Origin: Escherichia coli
GTDB lineage: Bacteria > Pseudomonadota > Gammaproteobacteria > Enterobacterales > Enterobacteriaceae
DNA: 32,000 bases
Strand: one strand, 5' to 3'
Assembly: GCF_028201635.1 (NCBI RefSeq)
Contig: NZ_CP116409.1
Each line of letters opens with the position of its first letter. Positions within the stretch are counted from its first letter, which is position 1. Below, piece after piece: positions 25,302 to 32,000 of the stretch. The notes under the pieces are model-generated. The model saw only the letters and a program-made list of their open reading frames with translations, had not been told where the DNA came from and ran no database searches. Both the position numbers and the translations under genes were made by a program.

Positions 25302-25439
25302 ATGTCATTACAAAGCCCATTTACGGGTGGGCTTGATAATGAAACCGGAATTTATTCTGGGCCACCAGTTAACGGCAGTACAGCGAAACAACCCAAGCCA
25401 GTAAGTGGGGAAATAACACTGGCAGCCACTGAAAGATGA
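25302..25439 (+). CDS. Small phage ORF (45 aa)
   Basis: MSLQSPFTGGLDNETGIYSGPPVNGSTAKQPKPVSGEITLAATER*. Confidence 0.4.
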   Translation: MSLQSPFTGGLDNETGIYSGPPVNGSTAKQPKPVSGEITLAATER

Positions 25440-25522
25440 ACCTCCTGCCTTATGGCAAAAAGGATTCTTTGTGGTGGCGGACTGATGGAAAGACATCGGT
25501 TATTGCAGAGACCATTCAATGA
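25436..25522 (+). CDS. Small phage ORF (28 aa), ATGA-coupled to the previous ORF
   Basis: MNLLPYGKKDSLWWRTDGKTSVIAETIQ*. Confidence 0.35.
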   Translation: MNLLPYGKKDSLWWRTDGKTSVIAETIQ

Positions 25523-25599
25523 GTGGTCTCGACAATGGCTTATACCCTACACGGGATAACTTAACTGATATCCCTTTTAACGGATAAACGGAGCCAACA

Positions 25600-25842
25600 A
25601 TGGCAGAGATTATTCCCATGACTGAAGAACAGAAATTCCAGTTAGAGATTTACAAACTGGTCATGAACCAGAACGCAGCCGCAGAAGAAGCATTTCAGTT
25701 CATTGGCACTGACGAGCTGAAGCTTGAGCTATTCAAAATTCACTTCCAGTCAGGCGGCGCTAATTCAGATATCACGATCCGCACATTCGAAGCAGTGCGT
25801 AAATCGAAGGAAGCGTTAGACCTGTTCACTACCGGAGCATAA
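25600..25842 (+). CDS. DUF2560 family phage protein
   Basis: MAEIIPMTEEQKFQLEIYKLVMNQNAAAEEAFQFIGTDELKLELFKIHFQ... Confidence 0.85.
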   Translation: MAEIIPMTEEQKFQLEIYKLVMNQNAAAEEAFQFIGTDELKLELFKIHFQSGGANSDITIRTFEAVRKSKEALDLFTTGA

Positions 25843-25844
25843 AC

Positions 25845-26285
25845 ATGGCGCGCCCAACAAAGTATCAAGAGGCGTATGCCGAACAGGCACGCAAACTGTG
25901 CTTGCTGGGCTACACCGATACAGAACTTGCTGATTTCTTTGAAGTCAGTGAGTCAACTATTAACAAGTGGAAGCTTGATTATCCTAAGTTTTCGGAGTCC
26001 ATAAAAAAGGGTAAGGCCGTCGCTGATGCAGAAGTTAGTGACCGTCTTTATCAACGCGCTATGGGCTTTGTGGCTCCAGACATCGATATTCGTGTTATTG
26101 AAAACAGAATTGTCGAAACTCCGCTTGAGAAGTATTACCCGCCTGATACAACCGCCGCCATCTTCTGGCTTAAGAACCGACAGAAGGATAAATGGCGCGA
26201 CAAGGTTGATCACGAGCTAACAGGCAAAGACGGCGGCGCAATTCAGATTGAAACATCACCGATGAGCACTCTATTCGGAAAATGA
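25845..26285 (+). CDS. Terminase small subunit (Sf6 gp1-like)
   Basis: 146-aa ORF MARPTKYQEAYAEQARKLCLLGYTDTELADFFEVSESTINKWKLDYPKFSESIKKGK... Confidence 0.92.
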   Translation: MARPTKYQEAYAEQARKLCLLGYTDTELADFFEVSESTINKWKLDYPKFSESIKKGKAVADAEVSDRLYQRAMGFVAPDIDIRVIENRIVETPLEKYYPPDTTAAIFWLKNRQKDKWRDKVDHELTGKDGGAIQIETSPMSTLFGK

Positions 26286-27697
26286 CCTCGATTAATCCTA
26301 TCTTTCAACCGTTCATCGAGGCGCATCGCTACAAAGTTGCCAAAGGCGGTCGAGGTAGCGGTAAGTCATGGGCAATCGCGAGACTGCTTGTTGAAGCGGC
26401 GCGTCGGCAGCCTGTGCGCATACTCTGCGCTCGTGAACTGCAAAACAGTATCAGCGATTCGGTAATCCGGTTGCTTGAAGACACCATAGAGCGTGAAAGG
26501 TATTCGGCTGAGTTTGAAATTCAGCGTTCCATGATTCGTCATCTCGGAACGAATGCTGAGTTCATGTTCTACGGCATCAAAAACAACCCGACGAAGATTA
26601 AATCACTCGAAGGCATTGATATCTGCTGGGTGGAAGAAGCGGAAGCGGTAACGAAGGAATCATGGGATATCCTGATCCCAACCATCCGTAAGCCGTTCTC
26701 TGAAATATGGGTGAGCTTTAACCCGAAGAACATCCTCGACGATACCTATCAGCGATTCGTCGTAAATCCTCCCGATGATATTTTTCTGCTGACAGTGAAC
26801 TACACCGACAACCCGCATTTTCCTGAAGTTCTCCGTCTGGAGATGGAAGAGTGCAAACGCAGAAATCCGACACTGTATCGTCACATCTGGCTTGGTGAGC
26901 CAGTAAGCGCAAGTGATATGGCAATCATCAAACGTGAATGGCTTGAAGCCGCAACCGATGCGCACAAGAAACTCGGATGGAAAGCGAAAGGCGCTGTTGT
27001 CTCTGCGCATGACCCATCAGATACAGGGCCGGATGCCAAAGGTTATGCATCGCGTCACGGTTCGGTAGTTAAGCGCATTGCCGAAGGCCTGCTGATGGAC
27101 ATCAACGAGGGTGCTGACTGGGCAACTTCGCTGGCGATTGAAGACGGCGCTGACCATTACCTGTGGGATGGTGATGGCGTCGGTGCGGGCCTACGCAGAC
27201 AGACAACGGAAGCGTTCTCCGGCAAGAAAACCACCGCCACGATGTTCAAGGGCAGTGAATCGCCATTCGATGAGGATGCGCCGTATCAGGCCGGAGCATG
27301 GGCTGATGAAGTCGTACAGGGTGACAACGTTCGCACTATTGGCGATGTATTCCGCAATAAGCGAGCGCAATTCTATTACGCGCTGGCTGACAGGCTGTAT
27401 CTGACATATCGGGCGGTTGTCCACGGTGAGTATGCAGCCCCCGACGACATGCTGAGCTTCGACAAAGAAGCAATAGGCGAGAAGATGCTGGAGAAGCTGT
27501 TTGCAGAACTGACGCAGATTCAGCGCAAATTCAATAACAACGGGAAGCTGGAGCTTATGACTAAGGTCGAAATGAAGCAGAAGCTCGGTATTCCATCTCC
27601 TAACCTGGCTGATGCGCTGATGATGTGCATGCATTGCCCGGAGTCGGCTGCGCAACCCGACTATTCCAGTTACTCAATTCCTTGTGGTGTAGGTTGA
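26282..27697 (+). CDS. Terminase large subunit (Sf6 gp2-like)
   Basis: Walker A GGRGSGKSWAIARLL, Walker B-like ICWVEEAEAV, nuclease motif AHDPSDTGPDAKG. Confidence 0.96.
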   Translation: MTSINPIFQPFIEAHRYKVAKGGRGSGKSWAIARLLVEAARRQPVRILCARELQNSISDSVIRLLEDTIERERYSAEFEIQRSMIRHLGTNAEFMFYGIKNNPTKIKSLEGIDICWVEEAEAVTKESWDILIPTIRKPFSEIWVSFNPKNILDDTYQRFVVNPPDDIFLLTVNYTDNPHFPEVLRLEMEECKRRNPTLYRHIWLGEPVSASDMAIIKREWLEAATDAHKKLGWKAKGAVVSAHDPSDTGPDAKGYASRHGSVVKRIAEGLLMDINEGADWATSLAIEDGADHYLWDGDGVGAGLRRQTTEAFSGKKTTATMFKGSESPFDEDAPYQAGAWADEVVQGDNVRTIGDVFRNKRAQFYYALADRLYLTYRAVVHGEYAAPDDMLSFDKEAIGEKMLEKLFAELTQIQRKFNNNGKLELMTKVEMKQKLGIPSPNLADALMMCMHCPESAAQPDYSSYSIPCGVG

Positions 27698-27698
27698 T

Positions 27699-29897
27699 AT
27701 GGCAGAAAAAAAGATGAATGACTGGCATCGCAAGGTGCTGTGCAACTTTGATAATGCCTGGTCAGCAACGCAGGATATGCGTGAGCAGATTATTGAGGCT
27801 CAACGTTTCGTCCGGGTATCCGGCGCACAGTGGGAAGGCAGCACAAACGCTGGTTACTCATTTGATGAAGGCAGGTTTGAGCATTATCCGCGCTTTGAAC
27901 TGAATAAGATTGCCCGTGAATGTGATCGCATCATTGGCGAGTATCGACAGAATCGCATAAGCGTTAAATTCAGGCCGAAGGACGATAAGGCATCGGAAGC
28001 GTTAGCCGAAAAGATGAACGGCAAATTCCGCGCTGACTATCAGGAAACATCCGGTGGCGAAGCGTGTGATAACGCATTTGATGATGCTGTAACGGGCGGA
28101 TTCGGTTGTTTCCGCATGTGTGCCGATTACGAAGATGAAATGGATCCGAGTAACGAGCAGCGACGCATCAGCCTTCTTCCTGTTTACGACCCAGCGACAT
28201 GCGTCTTCTTCGATCAGGACAGCAAGCAATATGACCGCTCTGATGCTATGTGGGCTATGGAAATGTTCTCCATGACGCCTAAAGCGTTCGAGGCTGAATA
28301 CCCTGATTCCATCGCGGCAAGCCTTTCTCGTGATGACACTGGCACTCAATATGACTGGTCAACGCCAGATGCCATCTATGTTGGTCGCTACTACGAAGTT
28401 CGCATAGAGAAGGTGAAGCTCACGGCATGGCGCAACCCTGTTAGCGGAGAAACGGCAATCTATGATGAAGAGCAAATCAAAGATATTGTCGACGAGCTGA
28501 CCGATGGCGCATTCGAACTGATTGGTGAGCGGACAGTGAAGAAACGCCGAGTTTATTGCGGTCTTCTGTCTGGCGCTGAATGGCTGGAAGAACCGAAGCG
28601 TATTCCGGGCGAACATATTCCTCTCATCCCGGTATATGGGCGTCGTTCATTTGTTGATAATCAGGAGCGAATCGAAGGCCACGCAGCAAAAGCGATGGAT
28701 GCACAGCGTCTTGAGAACCTGATGGTTTCCATGATTGCAGATAACGCTACTCAGGCTGGCGGTGATGGTATTCCTATCGTGGATGTTGATTTCATTCCCG
28801 GCCCATTAATGAATCACTGGGCAGAGAGGAATAAGAAAAGACCTGCAGTTCTTCCTATGACCAGCAAGAAGGACAAAAACGGAACAGTCATTTCAGAAGC
28901 TCAGGTTGCTGGCTGGACACCCCCAACACAAATGCCTCCTGCTCTTGCCGGACTATTGCAGTACACCGGAACGGCTATTCAGCAAATTACAGGTGCGTCG
29001 CAGCTTGAGAACATGCCGAGCAACGTCGCTACCGATACCGTTGATAGCATCTTTAACAGGATGGACACGCAGTCCTATATCTACATGGACAACATGGCTA
29101 AATCCATGCGTCGCGCTGGCGTTGTGTGGCTTTCTATGGCGCGTGAGGTCTATGGCAGTGATACGCCGATGCGTATCGTTAATGAGGACGGCAGCGATGA
29201 CGTGGCGCTGATGACTGGTGAAGTGGTTGACCGTCAGACAGGGCAGGTTATCGCGCTTAACGACCTTTCGCAGGGTAACTATGAAGTGACTGTCGATGTC
29301 GGTCAGTCGTTCGCTACTCGCCGTGACGCAACGGTTAAGTCGTTACTTTCCATGCTGGCACTTATCCCACCAGGAACGCCGAAGCACGACCTTGTATCGT
29401 CGATGATTCTCGACAATATGGACGGCGAAGGGATGGACGACCTTAAAGAATACAACCGCAATCAGTTGCTTCTGTCTGGAGTTATCAAGCCGAGAACACC
29501 AGAAGAACAGCAGATGGTTGAGCAGGCGAAACAACAACAGGCCAGTCAGCCAGATCCGGCTATGGTTGCAGCGCAAGGTCAGCTTCTTGCTGGTCAGGCT
29601 GAATTGCAGAAAGCGCAGAACGAACAGGCAGCCATTCAGGTTAAAGCATTCCAGGCACAGACTGATGCTCAGGTTGCAGCGGCAAATGTTGTGAAAATAC
29701 TCGCATCTGCCGATAGTCAGCAGAAATCTGATATCCGCGAGGCTCTGAAACTGCTCGGACAGTTCCAGCAACAGCAAGGAGATAATGCCCGTGCTGATGC
29801 AGAGCTTGTCCTGAAAAGTCAGGCACAGGGCCATGCGCAGCGCATGGACATCAGCAGCATCCTGCAAAAATCAACTCAGCAACAACCACAGCAGTAA
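27699..29897 (+). CDS. Portal protein (P22/Sf6/HK620 type)
   Basis: 732-aa ORF MAEKKMNDWHRKVLCNFDNAWSATQDMREQIIEAQRFVRVSGAQWEG... with a glutamine-rich C-terminal barrel-like tail. Confidence 0.94.
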   Translation: MAEKKMNDWHRKVLCNFDNAWSATQDMREQIIEAQRFVRVSGAQWEGSTNAGYSFDEGRFEHYPRFELNKIARECDRIIGEYRQNRISVKFRPKDDKASEALAEKMNGKFRADYQETSGGEACDNAFDDAVTGGFGCFRMCADYEDEMDPSNEQRRISLLPVYDPATCVFFDQDSKQYDRSDAMWAMEMFSMTPKAFEAEYPDSIAASLSRDDTGTQYDWSTPDAIYVGRYYEVRIEKVKLTAWRNPVSGETAIYDEEQIKDIVDELTDGAFELIGERTVKKRRVYCGLLSGAEWLEEPKRIPGEHIPLIPVYGRRSFVDNQERIEGHAAKAMDAQRLENLMVSMIADNATQAGGDGIPIVDVDFIPGPLMNHWAERNKKRPAVLPMTSKKDKNGTVISEAQVAGWTPPTQMPPALAGLLQYTGTAIQQITGASQLENMPSNVATDTVDSIFNRMDTQSYIYMDNMAKSMRRAGVVWLSMAREVYGSDTPMRIVNEDGSDDVALMTGEVVDRQTGQVIALNDLSQGNYEVTVDVGQSFATRRDATVKSLLSMLALIPPGTPKHDLVSSMILDNMDGEGMDDLKEYNRNQLLLSGVIKPRTPEEQQMVEQAKQQQASQPDPAMVAAQGQLLAGQAELQKAQNEQAAIQVKAFQAQTDAQVAAANVVKILASADSQQKSDIREALKLLGQFQQQQGDNARADAELVLKSQAQGHAQRMDISSILQKSTQQQPQQ

Positions 29898-29987
29898 TTA
29901 ACCCATAACGTGCAATGGCTGTCTTTATGAGGCCTGGCACCCTATTGCCTTCCGATGGGCTGAACATCGAGTAAACAGGGGTAACAA

Positions 29988-30881
29988 ATGGACCAGATGG
30001 CAGAAAACACACCAGAAGTTGAAATCGAAACCGACGCGTCAGAGCAGATTCCTGATGATGTCGAACTGGCTGAAGAAGTCGAAACAGAAGATGGCAGTGA
30101 GTCCTCCGGCAATGATGCAGAGGAAGCTACTGAAACTGATGACGACGAATCAGAACAGGAATTCTACTTTGGTGACGAAAAGCTGGATTCGCCAACCAGC
30201 GAAGATGGCGCAGAGCATGGACTGGTAAAACACCTGCGCAAGACGATTAAAGAGAAAGACCGTGAGCTGAAAGAGCTGATGCGTCAGTCCCAGAAACCCG
30301 TCGAGCAGCAGCCGGTAATCACTCAACCACCGCGAATGCCAAAACTGGATGATGAGGACATCGGTTTCGATGAAGAAATCTACCAGCAACGCATGGCTAA
30401 GTGGGCAGAGGATAACGGAAAGTACCAGCAACAGGAGATGGCTCGCAAGCAGAAGGAGCAGGAGCTTCAGGCTGCTTATCAAGAGCGATTATCCAAATAT
30501 CAGCAACGTGTTAAGGCTCTCAAGGTTCCTGGCTATCAGGAAGCAGAACAGGCCGTACTCGAGGAAATCCCCATCGAGACACAAAACGCGATCCTGTTTG
30601 AGTCAGAGAAGCCGGAAATCGTTGTTCTGGCGCTTGGTCGCAACGCTGAACTGCGCAAGCAACTGGCAGAAGCTACCAACCCCGTAGCAATTGGTCGTCT
30701 GCTGGAACGTATCGAATCTAAGGCCAGAATCATGCCAAAAGCAAAAACCACGGCAGCCACAACCCCGACAGTTAAGGGGAGCAACGGCGCAGTAATCAAT
30801 AACCTCGACAAACTGAAAGCCAAGGCGCTGGAAACTGGTGACTGGACGCCGTATTTCGCCGCTAAAAAGGCAAAAAAATAA
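29988..30881 (+). CDS. Capsid scaffolding protein
   Basis: 297-aa acidic then coiled-coil ORF between portal and coat, with a basic C-terminus AAKKAKK. Confidence 0.85.
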   Translation: MDQMAENTPEVEIETDASEQIPDDVELAEEVETEDGSESSGNDAEEATETDDDESEQEFYFGDEKLDSPTSEDGAEHGLVKHLRKTIKEKDRELKELMRQSQKPVEQQPVITQPPRMPKLDDEDIGFDEEIYQQRMAKWAEDNGKYQQQEMARKQKEQELQAAYQERLSKYQQRVKALKVPGYQEAEQAVLEEIPIETQNAILFESEKPEIVVLALGRNAELRKQLAEATNPVAIGRLLERIESKARIMPKAKTTAATTPTVKGSNGAVINNLDKLKAKALETGDWTPYFAAKKAKK

Positions 30882-30900
30882 CCTATCGGAGCATTAAGCA

Positions 30901-32000
30901 TGGCTAACCAATTAGCAAAAGACCTTGAAATCATGTTCGAAAACTACGTTGAAGGCTTTGAGGCCGCCTGCGTAGTTTCCCGTAACGCTAAAAAATTCCG
31001 TCCCGGTGATACAGCAATGCAGCGAGCAGGTGATGTTCTGTATCGTCCGCAGCATTACCACATGAACATTGAGGAAGGCCTCGATCTCAGCAGCAAAACG
31101 CCAACAGCACTGGTTCAGCGCCTTGTTCCTTCTGTGTTCAAGGAGCCGAAAAACATTCTGTACACTCTGGATGCGCGTGAAATGCGTGACCCGGAACATA
31201 AAACTGAAGCTGGTCGAGCCGCAGGTATGCGCCTTGCTGCACAGATTGACTCTGACCTGATTTCCATGGTTACGCAGCGTGCTACTAACGTGATCACGAT
31301 GGCTGACTCAACCACAGGTACACAGGGCCGTGATTTGTGGAACTGTGCGGCAGGTATTGATGCCACCATGACGGCGATAGGTGTACCGCAGGGTATCAAC
31401 CGTCGCTCTTTCTGGAACCCCTTCAACTACAAAGACCTTGCTGGCGAGCTTGGTCACCGTGCCTATGCTCAGGGCGCAACCCTGACAGCATACGAAAAAG
31501 CGCAGATCCCTCCGGTTGCGTCCTTTGATAGCTACAAGACCGATATTTCTGGTCGATTACCGAAAGGAAGCACTGAATCCTTGACAGTATCAGGCCAACC
31601 TGAACACAAGGTTGAAGCGAAAGATTCAAATGGTATGCCAGTTGATAACCGACAGGGGACTATTACGGTATCTGCATCTGGCTTGCAGGTTGGTGATGCG
31701 TTCACCATTGCCGGTGTGAATTCCGTACACCAGATCACAAAAGATACCACCGGGCAACCGCAGGTATTCCGTGTTCTGGCTGTTAGCGGAACTACCGTAA
31801 CAATCTCTCCAAAGATTCTCCCTGTTGAAAATGCCGATGTTGCGAGTCGTCCATATGCAAACGTCGATGCCAAACCGGCAGCATCAGCAGCAATCACCAT
31901 TCTCAACAAGAACGCAGCACCTGCTAACCTGTTCTGGGCTGATGGTTCTGTTGAGCTGATGTACGGCAAACTGGCGTTCCCGACTGGTCAGGGTCCACAG
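30901..32000 (+). CDS. Major coat protein (P22-supergroup, Sf6/CUS-3-like), truncated by the window
   Basis: Manual translation from 30901 gives MANQLAKDLEIMFENYVEGFEAACVVSRNAKKFRPGDTAMQRAGDVLYRPQHYHMNIEEGLDLSSKTPTALVQRLVPSVF..., open to the window end. Confidence 0.88.

Noticed and set aside
25508-25530. Hairpin GAGACCA-N9-TGGTCTC near terminase as a pac/cos signal
   Set aside because: Headful phages of this group usually have pac within the small terminase gene; a lone short palindrome is insufficient evidence.
27718-29867. Alternate-frame ORFs within portal
   Set aside because: They are fully nested in a long, recognisable structural gene with no sign of a programmed overlap such as Rz/Rz1.

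Overview
The window starts in the E. coli/Shigella backbone: evgA (partial, -), emrK, emrY, dsdA, dsdX, dsdC. Just after dsdC, at about 7.51 kb, it crosses a prophage attachment junction carrying the 3' end of argW. The rest, about 24.5 kb, is a lambdoid prophage whose head genes resemble Sf6/HK620/CUS-3. Its order is: torI-type excisionase, a leftward early operon (small ORFs, SSB, Erf-like, kil, cIII, coiled-coil ORF, ral, lambda-type N), an immunity region (cI, operators, cro), a rightward replication/nin region, lambda-type Q, two tRNAs (Asn-GTT, Thr-TGT), lysis genes, Rha, terminase, portal, scaffold and a truncated coat gene. The integrase is not in the window and is expected at the far end, as in KplE1/CPS-53. 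The strongest unusual signal is a cluster of gene-breaking changes at about 15.3-18.5 kb: two frameshifts in cI, a nonsense codon plus frameshift in cII, a nonsense codon in the next small ORF, and four +1 shifts in the primase-helicase gene. Flanking host and late genes look intact. Two accessory candidates also deserve follow-up: a membrane-protein cassette flanked by 14-bp direct repeats in the early-left operon, and a small membrane-anchored ORF in the rex position directly behind cI. I found no CRISPR array, retron or clearly new multi-gene system. Family names come from recognising protein sequences from memory; no database search was run.
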